DNA from: Monocercomonoides exilis PA203
Taxonomy: Eukaryota > Protista > Preaxostyla
Direction of reading: 5' to 3'
DNA: 64,000 bases
NCBI GenBank assembly: GCA_001643675.2
Contig: LSRY02000038.1
Coordinates: 434,001-498,000 of the forward strand
Positions 30,501 to 43,943 of the stretch are shown here, in pieces (position 1 is the first letter of the stretch; each line of letters begins with the position of its first letter). The translations under genes were made by a program, and so were the position numbers. The notes beneath the pieces were generated by a model. That model was not told where the DNA came from, searched no databases, and worked only from the letters and a program-made list of their open reading frames with translations.

Positions 30501-33500
30501 TTTCAATCGAGCGACTGTGAAACTTCTCCAATGAGAAGCAGACAAAGAGTCTGCGATAAGAAAGAAGAGTTTGAATGCGAGATTGGATGAATGAGGAAGA
30601 AGGAGAATTCATTTCATGAATAGAAGCATGGCATTGCTTTGGATTTGTGTCAGAAACAGAATCAGAAGCAGAGACATGCATTTGAAGTGGAAGAAGACTT
30701 GCGAGCGAAAGATGAATTAGTCTGAGCATCAGACGAGGAGCAGAAGTCGACACAGAAGAAAGAAGAGACAAACAGGAAGACACTCTCACAGAGATTGTGC
30801 TGTTCATTGCTTTATTCTGAATGGCAGAAGAGTCAAATGACTCTGAAGATGAAGTGGATGAAGAGAAAGAGAAATCACTCGATAGAAATGAAGACATGCT
30901 TGGAACAAGCAACAAAATTCTTGTGAGATTTATAAGATCATCAATAAATGAATCAGGAGGAAGAACAAAGTTTGAATGAGAACCAGTTTTTGGCGGATAA
31001 TTTGTTTTCTTTGAAGTTGTTGATGAAATGGAAGAAGAAGAAGAAGATGACAACACTTTCAATTCTTTCATTCTGTTAGCATAAGAAGACCCAAACGAAG
31101 CAACAACATCCTCAGTCTGATACACACAAAGAAAACAGCATAAAAGAGTGTGGATGACTGGAGGAGGAGTGAAGAATGGATTGAGCAGATATCTTCGTTT
31201 GGATAGAAGAGAAAAGATGACAGAGAACAAGGAAGATGATGAAGAAAAAGATAATTTATTTTGCTCCATCTCATTTGTATTCATTTTTACCTCTTCAACC
31301 AGCTCAGTGCGAAGTTGCGCTTTGTGCAGTTTGCATAATTCGAGTATTTGAACAAATACACCATGGATGGCATTGAAACTAACTTTGCATTCTTTTTGCA
31401 TTTCCTCTCTTTCTCTTTTTCCTTCAATCGCTTCATCACTTGGGATTGAATTGATCAAAGCAATCAGAAACTCCTTTAGCCATTCAGATCGACAGAGCGA
31501 AGCAATTGCTCTTCCCCCAAGAATCCTCATGCGATAATCAGAGAGAGAACAGATGTATCGGGAAAGAGAGACAAGCAAATGAAGAAGATGAACGGAAGAA
31601 GAGGAAGAGGAAGAGGAAGAGGGAGAGGAAGAAGATGATGACTCATCCGGTGTGAGATGAGAAAGAAGAACAAATGAGGCAGAAATAGCAGTTTGCGACA
31701 GATTTGCTGATGTCTGTGAAATGTGAGAATGTTCAGTTGAAGAAGATGAAGAACATTGCTTTTGATGGAGTTGTCGAATGGAATCCGAAAGTTTTGAGAA
31801 ATATGAATGGTAAGAAGAATAAGTCAAAGTGTTATTTGATTGCTTATTCAAACTCATTTCTTCTTTCTCATCTTCTTCTATTTCAATAAACGGAATGATT
31901 GACGTCAGAAAGTGAGCAAATGAAGGACACTGCTTGAATAAAAAGGCAGAAGCAGATTTTGTATTAAGGTGCGACACAACCTCACGAGTTGAAGAACGAA
32001 TGCTTAAAAGAGAAGAAGACGAAGAAGACAACATCCGATTTGACAAATTAGCCTGAGTCAAAAACGGAGAAAGAACAGCTTTTTGCATAACTTCTACAAC
32101 AGAAGACGATATTTTCGGTGAGAAATTAATATCCTCAGTGAATATGCCTGCCAATGCATATTCTGAACTTTTCTTTTTCATCTTCAAAATTGTTTCTTTC
32201 CCCTCCTCCTCTTCTTCTTCCATCATCATCTTTCTCACCATCCTCTCCTCTTTCATCCTCTTCATTTCTCTGGCTTTTGCTTCTCCTTTGCTTTCCTTGT
32301 TCATGCCCACTGCTCTGTACAGACACACAGCAAAGCAATAAGAACTTGCATTTTGAACTTCCCAGTTCATTGCCGACTGCAGCCGAAGCAAAAAGGACAG
32401 CAAAAACGGAAGATGGCGCACAGCAGAGGCTGAGCAGAAGGCATCACGTGTGAGAAATGCAAGGATGTTTAGCGAATGGAGCAGGGATGGTATGTCTCTT
32501 CCTGTGGGCTGTGAAGATGAAGCATTGGCAATTTGATCAGAAGATGGAGTTGTTTTTTCTTTCTCTTCCTTTCTCTCTTTGCCCTCTTCTCTCAGAATCT
32601 CATTCCCAATCCTCCTCACAGCATCTACACACAATGAAACACACCTTTCTCCAACAGCACTTCTTCCTTTAACGCCTTCACATCTGATCAGAGTAGACAA
32701 AACATGAGGCAGACCAGAAGAACGGCGGAGTGGAGAGAAAGATTCAGGAAGCAGACGAAGAAGAAGAGGAAGAAAAGAAGAAGATGGCAATGTTGAAGAC
32801 TTTGCTGCTGCTGCTGCTGCTGTTTGACACAAACATTTCTCTTCTTCTTCTTTTCCTTTGTTTCCTTTTTGTTCTCTTCTTCCAAGCGCCACAATCATCA
32901 CAGCCTCTGCTGCTTCGCTCATCATCATCCTTGTTGTCTCTGTTCCTCTATCAACCATTGAGTGAACCAACCGGAAGAGAAGCAGAGAGACTTTGTTCAC
33001 AATTCCGATATGCCTTGTGGAAAGGATGGAAGAGAGAAGGAGAGAGAGGATGATGCACAGCTGATTGTAGAGAGGCGATAGAAGAGAAGAAGAATTCGAA
33101 GAAGAAGAAGAAATAGCAGGAAACGTATTTGCAATTGTTGTTGCAAGCTCTCCAGTCAAACTCTTGTTGCTTCCAACAATTCGCATCAAATCCAAAAGTG
33201 TCAAACTTCTTCTCTCTCCTCCTCCTTCTTCTGCTTTCACATTCTCTTTTCCTTCTCTTTCTATTTCTTTTTCTTCATTTCCCTCTTCAACCCACGTATT
33301 GCAATCTCCTTTTGCTGCACTTTTTGCCTCTTCATTTGCTTTTCCTTTGCCTCTTTTTCTTCCTCCAACCATTCCACGCTGCGCTTTCTCGTTCCTCATT
33401 CCTGGGCGAAGTGGATAGTTGCTGTGTGCATCTCTTTTAGCTTGCTGCGATGAAGCTGAAAAAGTGGAAGCAAAAGATGACTGAGATGAAGATGAAGATG

Positions 33501-36500
33501 ACGATGACGATTGACAAAATGGTAAAATGTGAAGTGGAATGAGATGTGTTAATGAAGTAGAAGATGGTATTGATGACAAATTGGATAACGTGAAGAGAAG
33601 AGGAGGAGGAAGCAAAACAGATAAAGATGAAGTTCCATCGTTTTTCGCTTCAAATTCCATTTTTCTTCCATTATTAGCTTTTTCTTCTCTTTCTTCTCTT
33701 TCTTCATCTTCTCCTTCCTTCAGAATACTCACCAACATCTCTCCAGCAACACTCAGCATCGAACAGCTCTCTTTCACAATACCCCACACCGCAATTGACT
33801 CATACGATCGAGGGAATGAAGAAGGCTGAGGAAGAATCAAAGAAGAAGAGCACGAGGAAGAAGAAGAGGAAAGCGATGATTTCTTGATAATTTCAATCTT
33901 TTCTTCTTCTTCTTCTTTTCCTTCAATTTTTTCATTTTCCTTCAAACAAATCGAATTTTCTTTCTTCGTCTTCTCTCTCACCTCCTTTTCGAATGCTGCA
34001 TAATCGTTTCCATTCATTGCATCAGATGGGAAAAGCGCGTCAAACGGAAGCGAAAGATGGAAATGGAGTGAACAGCCAGCGCTGTTTGTGTTGGTGATTT
34101 GAGGAAGCGAAGAAGAAAGAAACGAAACGGAGGTGTTGTAGATGAAGTTGAAGCGAAGCAAAAACTCGTCGTAGGAAAGCTTTGGAATGAGTAGAGAAAG
34201 AGAGGAGAGGAGAATGAGCCCGTAGGAGAAGAAGGCAGAGGAACCAACAAGAAGACGAAGCGATGAAGAAGAAGAAGAAGAAGAAGAAGAAGTTGTTTGT
34301 TTATCATTCGCTTCTTTCTGAACAAATTGTGGTGTGAAAGAAAGCAAATAAGACATGAATTGGGATTTCGGTGAAAGAGAAGGAAAATTAAAGAAGATAA
34401 GCGGATGAAAAGACAGGTTCCTTGATTTAATCGAATTATCTTGCACATCTGCTTCTTTTTTAATATTTGAGTGTGTTTCGAATGAGTATATTGGAGGAGA
34501 TAACAGAAGAGAAGAAGGAAGAGAAATATTTTGATGTGAAACAATGAATGCAGAAGACAGAGAAGAAGAAGAAGAAGAAGAAGAAGATGATGATGATGAT
34601 GATGATGAAATAAATTCAGAAGAATGTTTTTCTTGAATAAAATGCGGTTCGTACAGAATATTTCTTGACTTTAGCAGATAACTCCTTTTGTTCCATTCTT
34701 CCTCCATGAAATCTCCATCATTTCCTTCTTTTCCTTCTTTTCCTTCTTCTCCCTCATTTTCATTTCTCCCCTCCTTCTTTTCTTCTCTGCCCCACTCATT
34801 CACACACAGCTCCACCATCCATCTCCACAGGCAAACACACAGAAAGTCAAACAGAAACAGCATATTTCTGTCAAACAAGGTTTGTATGATGCTCATCAGC
34901 AGGATGGGGGGAGAAGAGGCAGAGGAGGAAGAGGAAGAGGTGATGTTGAACGGAGAGGTTGGGTCAGCAGCATTCACAGCCATGGAAAAATACAGAGACA
35001 GGAGATGAGAAGGAAGATGGGAGAACAAGTGGAACTCGTGGGATATGAAGGGAGGAAGATGATGGGATGAAGATGGAAGAAGAGAAAGAGAAAGAGAAAG
35101 AGATGGAGAAGAAGAAGAAGAAGAAGAAGAAGAAGAAGAAGAAGAAGAAGAAGAAGAAGAAGAAGATGTTGATGAAAGAGAATTGCATGCAGATTCTGTT
35201 TGAACATCTTCCTTTCTGGTCAATTCATCGCTTCTTCCATCATCTCCATCTTTCTCTTCCTTTCTTCTTTCTCTCTCTCCGATTTCCTTCAATGCATTCA
35301 GCCCATTTCTTGTCCTCAGCAACTTCACCAGAACATCTCTTGTAAGCAGCCGGATGCTGTCAAACGGGTCAGAAAGCATCGAAAAGAGAAGAAGAAGGGA
35401 AGATGGCGAAATACACAGAGAAACACGAATGGATGGGAACAAAGCCGCCTTTGATGACTGATTCTGTTTATTGTTTTGTTGATTTTGGGGTTTTGTTGCA
35501 TTTTTCTTCTTCTCATTCATTGGTTTGTTTGCTTTTTCTTCTACTTCTTCTCTTTCTTTTTCTTTTTCTCTTTCTTTCTCCTTCTCCTTCTCTATTTCTG
35601 CTTCTTCTTCTTCCTCTTGAGTAGCTGAAAAACACTCAATTATGTCTCTTATTCCCTGCAAAAGCACAATTTTCTGTCTGAAAGGGAGGCTTGGAAGGAG
35701 AGAGAACAAAAACTGATTGAAAAGACGCTGCACAAAGAAGAAGAAATACAAAGGAAGAGGAGTAAATTGGGGAAGAGGAAGAAGAGAAGAAGAAGATGAA
35801 GTTTGCGATAAATGTGCTTCTTTTGAAAGAGCAGATGAAAATTGCTGAGGAAACTTCGAAGGAAATGAGAGTGGCAAACTTGAAACTGATGCAAAAAGCG
35901 AAGGAAGAACGCATTTCTTCAGCAAGTTTCGAATTTCAATGGAATTTTGTTGCCTTTTTGCAATTTCTTCTTTGTTTTCATCTGAATTTTGTGTGTTTCT
36001 ATTTGAAAAGTTCGAAACTTGTGAAAATATGACGGCTTTTCTGACAAATTCATTCAGCATTGAGCAAACATCATCAAATGTTATCACTGAAGGAAGCATT
36101 TTCGTTAGAATCTCTTCTTCTTCCTCTTTATCTTTTCTTTTGATTTCTTCTTCTTCTTCATCCTCTTCCTTCCTCTTCCTCCCCTCATCTTTCACCCACA
36201 TCTCTCTTTCCGCCCACATCTTCCTCTGCTCCTCTCTCTTGTTCCTCCTCCCCCTCCCTTTCACCCCCACCCCTCGCCCCATCCTCTCCATCAGCATCCG
36301 CATCAAAACAGCTCCTTCCTCTCTGATCTTCACACTTCTTGAACCTACAAGCACATGAGAAGAGAAGAAGAAACTAGAGGCAAAAAGAAGAAATATGGGG
36401 GATGGGAAAGAGACTGGGGAAAGATGGAAGAATAAAAGGGAAGAGGCAAAGGAATGCAGCGTGGAGAGAGAAGAAGAGAGAGAAGAGGCGATGAGGCGGA

Positions 36501-37380
36501 GAAGAAGAGAAGGAGTCAGATTGAGCTGATGAAGCACAGCGAATGACGGGAACTTGTCTAAGGTGACTAAATTGGAGTTGTAGAACACGGATTCTTCTGA
36601 ATCTTCGTTGTGGGATTGAGAAACTTCGATTAAATTGTAGAAAAAGATGTCGAGATGATGAATTGTGAATGGAGGGTGTGAGGGGCAAAGAAGAGAACAA
36701 GCAGAAACAGAAGAAGAAGAAGAAGAAGAAGAAGAAGAAGAAGAAGAAGAAGAAGAAGATGATGATGATGATGAAGCTAAACTAATAGAATCTGTATTTC
36801 TTTCTTCTTTTTCTTCTTCATCAGAAATGAGAATGTTTGATGAAAATTCTTTTGTTTCTAATCCAATCAGTTTGTGAATAGAAGAGAAAATCTGTCTGTT
36901 TGTTTGAATTTCTGGCTTTATTGATTCATTTTGTGGGTTTTGTGAATGTTTTGTGGGAAGATTATTCATAGAGGATGAGGAAGAAGATGAAGAATTTGAA
37001 GAAGTTGTAGAGGAAACAGAAGAATTAAAGGAAGAAGAAGAAGAAGAAACAGAAGAATTACATTGTAACATTCCTTCTTCTTCTCTTTCTTTTTCTTCTT
37101 CTTCTTTTTCTTCTTTTTCTTTCTCTTCTTCTTCTTCTTTCTTCTTCTTCTTCCTCAATTCTTCCCTTTTGTTCTCCAAAAACAAAGAATTCTTGCAATT
37201 TATGTGATACCCACAATAAACTCTTTCGACGTCGTCTGAGAAGGGGAATATTCCTTGTTTGTGGGCAGAGGAGAGAAGTGAGAGGAGAATTTGAGTGTGG
37301 AGAGTGGAATAGGAAGGAGAAGGAGAAGGAGAAGGAGAAGAAGAGGGAGAGGGAGATGAGAAAATTACGGTTCTTGTTGG

Positions 37381-37413
<33 letters not shown>

Positions 37414-40400
37414 AGAAGAAGAAGATGATGATGATGATGATGAAGTTTTATTTGAAGAAGGAGAAGAGGAAGATAAGGAAGAAGAAGAAGATGATGATGC
37501 GAATGTTGAAAAAACAAGATAATTGAAAATGTTTTCTTTTCTATCAAGTTTGCATCCTTTCTTGTTTGAAGAAGAATTAAAAGAAGAAGAAGAAGAAGAA
37601 GAAGAAGAAGAAGAAGAAGAAGAAGAAGAAGAAGAAGAAGAAGAAAATTTATGATTCCAAAGAAGAAGAATTTTGCACAGAACAGAAAATGACTCAGGAT
37701 CAGCTGAAACAAAGAGAGGGATAACTTTGTTGAGAAGAGAAGAGAAAATCGAAGAAGAAGAAGAAATTGAAGAAGAAGAAGAAGAAGAAGATGATGATGA
37801 TGATGAATAATGACTCAGTTTATTTGATTGTGTTAAAGAAAATATTGGTTTTATTTCTTTTTCTTTTTCTTTTCCTTTTTCATCTTTTTCTTTTTTCTTT
37901 ATCTCTTTTTCTTCTCCTCTTTCTTCTTCTCCTTTTCCTTTTCCTCTTTCTCCTTCTCCTCTTTCTTCATTTCCTCTTTCTTCTTCTTCCTCTTCTTCTT
38001 CTTCTTCTTCATTATCATCATAATTTCCGCATTCATTCTCTGTCTCATATGATGAATGAAGCATTTCAATCAGAGAATATCCAAACCACATCCTCCACAG
38101 AAGAGTTTTCAGTTCTTGTTTGTCATAAATACAACTGTTATTATTATTATTACGATTATATTCGTCTTCTTTTTCTTCTTTATTTTCTATTTCTTTATTT
38201 TCTTCTTTATTTTCTTTATTTTCTATTTCTTCTTTATTTTCTTCTTCTTCTTTATTTTCTTTCTCTTTTTCTTTCTCTTCTTCTTCTTCCATTCTTTCTT
38301 CTCTTTCTTCTATCATTCTCTCTGCTTCCCTCTCAAATCCTCTGTTTTCCTTCATTTTCACCACAAATTCCTTCAAAACGGGCGAAACGAATGGAAAAAG
38401 CGAGGCATCGGCTGTGAACGAGAGGAGGTGGAGGAGAAGATGAGAGGAAGGGAGAGAAGAAAGGAAAGAAGAAGAAGAAGAAAGAGAAGAAGAAGACGTT
38501 GATGATGATGATGATGATGATGGTGATGGTGATGTAATTTCTTCTGTTCTTTCTTGTTTCAACAATCTTTTTTCTTTCTCTTCTCCTCTTTCTTCTTCTC
38601 TTTCTCCTTCTCCTTCTCCTTCTTCTTCTCCCTTTCTCCTCCCTCCACATATCCTCTCATATTCTTCATTCATCTTCTCTGCCCCTATCTCATTCATTAT
38701 CACTGAAAATGCAATGTATCTTGCTCTTTGATGAGGAGGAATCTCAAAAGCTGACGAAATTAGCTCCCTCAAAAAGGAAGAAGAGGAAGAAGAGGAAGAG
38801 GAAGAAGAGGAAGAGGAAGAAGAGGAAGAGGAAGAAGAGGAAGAAGAAGAAGAGGAAGAAGAAGAAGAAGATGATGATGATGAAATTATATTGGATTTTT
38901 TAATATTTTCTATGTTTTCTTCTTTCTCCTTTCCTTCTCTTTCTCTCTCTCCTTCTCTTTCTCTCTCTCCTTCTCTTTCTCTCTCTCCTTCTCTTTCTTC
39001 TCTTTCTTTCTTCTCCCTCCGCTCTCTTCGATACTGTGCCTGTATCACAGCAATGATCAGTTCTTTTGCTCTGTCTACAACAGTCGTCTGCGAATGGTCG
39101 ATGAGAAACAAAGAGACAGAGAGAAAATTGCGAAATGGGATGAGGGAGTGGAGCGAGAGGAGAGGTGGGAGAGAAGCAAGAGAAGAAGAAGAAGAAGAAG
39201 AAGAAGAAGAAGAAGATGATGATGATACAGATGTTGATGAAATTTCTAGGTTTTCCTCTTTTTCTCCTTCTCTTTTATTTTCTTTTTCCTTTTCTTTTTC
39301 TTTTTCTTTTTCTTCTTCTTCTTCTTCCTCTTCCTCCTCCTCCTCCTCCTTCCTCCTCTTCTCCTTCTCTTCCTCCACATCTAATTGTTGCTCTGTTTCC
39401 ATCAAATCAATCAGAGATTGAAGAGCTGTCAGACAAGAAGGAAAAGAAGAGGCAGAAGAAGAGGCGACAGAAGATAAATACTCCACAAGAAGAGAGAAAG
39501 GGCAAATTAATGAAGAAGAAGAAGAAGATGTTGAAACAGAAAAAGAAGTTGAAGAAGAATTAATATCTTCATGCAATTTATTAAAACTCCCTTCTTTCCC
39601 TTTGCGATTCTCTTCTTTTCCCTCTTCTTTTCCTTCTTCACTCAGCAAGCAGTCCACAAAATACCTCGCTCTATCTTCTCCTTCGTAATTCTCCGCTTTC
39701 TTCATTGAAATCTTCCATTTCTCATTGAAAGGGCGAAGAGAATAAGAGAACAAGGCGATGGGCTGCAGGAAAGCAGCAGCCAGAGAGACAGAAGAGAGGC
39801 AAGGGAGACACTGGACAAGGGAGATGAAGTGGAGGAGATGGGAGGAGAGAGAAGGAGAAGGAGAAGGAGAAGGAGAAGGAGAAGGAGAAGAGGAAGAGGA
39901 AGAGGAAGAGGAAGAGGAAGAAGAAGAAGTTGTTGTTATTGTTGATGATGATATTGAAGAAGAAGAAGAAGATGATGATGAAGATGAATTAACATCAGAA
40001 CTCTTCAATTGCCCAAAACCTGAACTGTTAACATCTCCCTCGTTTGCTCTTTCCGCCTGGTTTTGGTACGCCAAATCCCACAAAGCAAAGCAGAAGAGAC
40101 AGAAATAGTCTTCTTCCAGCCTCTCTGCAACCGAAAATGGAGGTTTATTGTTCCATTTCTTTTCTTTTCTCTCCTTCTTCTCTTTCTTTTCCTTCTCTTT
40201 CTCCTTCCTCTCTCCATCGCTTTGCATTTGCTTTCCACCAGCACTCAATGCAGCAACCTCCTGAATATGGAACACAGAAAGAAGCAGGGCAATAATCCTT
40301 GATCCAGTCGTTATCACAGAGCGCCCGTAGGTCTGCTGCAGGCAGAGGGCAAACAGCGACCGCAGGAAGCGAAGGAGCACATGTTCTGCTTCGCTTGGTT

Positions 40401-41130
40401 CTGTGCTGAGCCACTGGTGGTGCGTCCTCAGTTCCCCTTCGTCAGTGAAAAGAAGAGGCAATAAAACGAATTCGCTTCTGAACAGATTCTCAGCCTTTGG
40501 AGAAAGTTGCATATGTTCCAGGTGATTAACGCTAAGCATAGGCAATAATGAAGACGCAGATAACGTGCAAATTTGGCACAAAGAAAAACAAATCCGAACA
40601 GATACTTGCATTTGGTTCACAGTATCTTCAGATTGAGGTGCTAGATCCTCTTTGAATAGAACGCTGATACCATATTTCTCTGCTCCATGCATGTTAAACT
40701 TGGAAAAGATTGTTGAATCAAAGAATTTCAGAAACTGTTCGAAGTGCTTGGCTAAATAAATGAAAGATGGTGTAAAGTTCGTAAGTACGACAAAAAGATT
40801 GAGAATTTTTGGTATATTCAGCAATAAGTTATCCGCATTTTCATTCTTTGTTTCCATAGCAGTACTTTTCACAGGTAAAATCTTTATTATTGCGTTTATG
40901 AATGAATTAAAAAGAAAACTTTTTGAATCATTCATAAGTGTTCTCATCAACACATATTGCTTTGAAGAAGGTGCCCTAATAAATATATCTATCAATTTTT
41001 TTATGTCTGTCTTATGAACTTCTTCTTCAGAAAGTTGTTTGGATTCTTTAATATCTTTTAAGCATTTAACAAAAGAATTCACAATGTTCTCGTCAGATCC
41101 TCTTATTTCTCTTGAACTCATATGTTGCAT
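27565..41130 (-). CDS. THADA: THADA/Trm732 homologue (tRNA C32 2'-O-methyltransferase regulator, DUF2428/ARM), ~4,450 aa; first exon ~13 kb plus two short 3' exons
   Basis: DUF2428-type motifs WGIVKESCSML, LSTRHIGIV, RRSSGLP (cf. RRSAGLP) and HSLNILAFLTRD..NWEVQNASSYCFAVCLYRAVG (cf. HALNILRALFRD..WAVRNSSTLLFSALITRIFG), plus NAIHGVFVQI. Phase-0 introns after ..VLK (~28081) and ..HLIK (~27732) extend the ORF to a TAA at 27565. Confidence 0.85.
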
Positions 41131-41729
41131 TTCAGAATTAAAAAACTTTAACGCTGTAATATATTACGTATCTCTCAGAAATAAAAAGATTTTCAGAAAT
41201 GAAGGAAAACAATAACTTATTGTGGGATATCACCCATATATTTTTTGGAGAAGACTTGATATTTGGGGCAAAATTTTTGCAATTATGAAAAAAACTGAGA
41301 ATTGTTCCAAACTTTTTCTACAATCATTTCATTATAAATCAACCGAAACAATGTGAATAATTACAGAAAAATTCAAAAATTGAGAAAAATATTTGTTAGA
41401 GAAGAATGGAACAAAATTCATAATGCAAAAAATTTTGCCACATTTGTCAAATAAAACTGATTTGAATGTGTTGTGATATTTGACTTATTGAAAAAGAGAA
41501 AATCATTATTTTGAAATTATTTCAAAAGACTGATTTGATTAACTTGACATACGAAAAAAGTTATCAATCATATGAAAAATGAAAATTTAACAATGAAATG
41601 ATCGAAAAAAAGCAAATATATAACAATGAAATTCTACTCAACAACATTAACGCTAATATATATATATATTGTGATTATTATGATTAATGAATGAATAAAT
41701 TGATAAATAAATAATTATCCAAATAAATA

Positions 41730-42704
41730 CACCAAAAATTATTCAAAATCGAAAAACTTTCAACCAAAGTCGAAAAACTTTCAAACGAAATCGAAAATTA
41801 TTATTCAAAGTTGGAAAACTTTCATTCAAAGTCGAAAATTATTATTCAAAGTCGAAAAAGTTTCATTCAAAGTCGAAAATTACACCAAAAATAATTCAAA
41901 GTCGAAAAACTTTCAATCGAAATCGAAAAACTTTCAAACAAAGTCGAAAGTTCGAAAAACTTCAAATTTTCAAAAAGATGACAAAAATTTATTTAAGTCA
42001 AAAAACATTGTTTTTGTTGAAAAATCAATTGCATTTGTAATGATAATAATTTTTCATCTTTTTTCCGGTGTTTTTCTTTGCTTTCTTTTGACCAATTACG
42101 AATATAAAATTATGAGAGAAATTCTGACATATTTTTATCTCATTTCAGTTGAAAGCACTATTCTTCACAGAAAATTTACTTTAGAAAATTTTTATTTTTT
42201 TTCCTATTTTATGTAGAATAAAGAACACATTATTGACTCTCTTATTTAATGTTTTTTCATCACAAACGACTCATTTCTTATTGAAGGAAACAAATGTTCT
42301 AAGATGTGTTTTGAGTTGATTTTTGAATTAATTTTGGTTCGAAATCTTCAAAATTTGCAGAAATCGACAACACAAACATTGCTGATAATATTTCCAAAAA
42401 CAAAAGAATATTTTCATCTTTTGTGGAATACTTTTTATTTAACGTTTATTTTTTTTGTGAAATTTTCGACTTTGTTTGAAAGTTTTTCGATTTTGATTGA
42501 AAGTTTTTCGACTTTGAATTATTTTTGGTGTAATTTTCGACTTTGAATGAAACTTTTTCGACTTCGAATGAAAACTTTCGACTTTGAATGAAAGTTTTCC
42601 AACTTTGAATAATAATTTTCGATTTCGTTTGAAAGTTTTTCGACTTTGGTTGAAAGTTTTTCGATTTTGATTGAAAGTTTTTCGACTTTGAATTATTTTT
42701 GGTG
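41730..42704. mobile_element. Non-autonomous foldback-type element; TIRs of ~220-250 bp built from ~21-bp tandem repeats; TA-flanked
   Basis: TA|CACCAAAAATTATTCAAAATCGAAAAACTTT... and ...TTCGACTTTGAATTATTTTTGGTG|TA. Repeated TCAAAGTCGAAAA units are inverted between the two ends. No ORF inside. Confidence 0.85.
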
Positions 42705-42796
42705 TATTTATCACAAATTAAATTTCAATAACCAATAAATATCCTTTTGACAAAACATTTCAAAGAATTAATAAACTTTCATGAATTTATCTCATT

Positions 42797-42828
<32 letters not shown>

Positions 42829-43644
42829 ATATTAATTTTTTTTTTTTTGGAAAAATGAATAATTATTCAAAGCGAAGGAATTCATATTTGACAAAATTTT
42901 AGGTTTTATGAATTTTGTTTCACACTTCACTTTTAAAAATATTTCTCAATTTTTAAAGTATTCAGTATTTTTTTTGTATAGAAATAAAAATTTTGAATTG
43001 ATATTAAAGCAGAAAAAGTTTGGAACTAACCTCAATTTTTTTTTAATTGCAAAATTTTTGTCTTATAAGCTTATTTATTACAAATACAGTTTATTAATAT
43101 TCGGAGCAAATGGATTTTTGAACAGATTACACACATTTTATTATCGTTGAAACTCATTTTGTCTGTATATTTTTACAAACATTAACTTTTAAAAAAGCAG
43201 AATGAAGGTTTTCAAAATGAAAAGATTAATCCTGGATGATTTGAATTCAAATTTGTCTTTTGGTCAGTCACTGACTTGACAAGAAATTTTATTCTTCTTG
43301 AACTTTGTATTTATTAAACGCAATGTTAAACACGTTATGTTTTTTTGGAATCGTTAACCTGTTTTTGAAATAAAAATAAATGTTCATATTTGAGAAGAAC
43401 TTCTTTTTTTTTTGAATTTTGTTCCACTCTTAACTTTCAATTTTTTTTTTTCGTTTTTGTATTTTTCAATGTTTTTTTGAAATAAGAATGAAAAACTTTT
43501 TATGAAAAGGTTTTTAAAAAAATTAGGAAAAAATTGTTATTATTTTCATAAATAACAGAATATTGCCCCGTTTTTTGATTTTTGCAAGAAAAAAAACTTA
43601 TCTTTGTACAGCGTAGTATTTGAATTTCAAATGATTCAATAATT

Positions 43645-43913
43645 GGGACAAAATATTGCACTTCATGCTTTTTTATCGAAAAATTATGCACGTTTTATTG
43701 ACTTTTTGAGATCAATAAACACAACAAAAATGGGTCCATTTTTTTAACATTTGTGAAATGTTGGAGAACTTTTCACTTTGATTACAATGATGCCTGTTTT
43801 CGGATCTGTAAATCAAATTTATTTTGAAATCTGAGAAAGTGAAATGAATTTGTGAGCGAAGTAGTTTTAACATGCTTTGTGCAAAAAAAGCTTGAAAGTC
43901 CGTATTTTCCCCC
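43645..43913 (+). mobile_element. 268-bp MITE family (Sola-like), copy 1
   Basis: AATT|GGGACAAAATAT...TATTTTCCCCC|AATT; homologous to the copies at 48.8, 53.6, 56.0, 56.2 and 57.4 kb. Confidence 0.85.
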
Positions 43914-43943
43914 AATTCATTATGACCTGATTCGATTCTTCAT

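Noticed and set aside
41730-41960. CRISPR-like periodic repeats (also 58031-58190)
   Set aside because: No unique spacers, the units are mirrored as TIRs, the context is eukaryotic and there are no cas genes.
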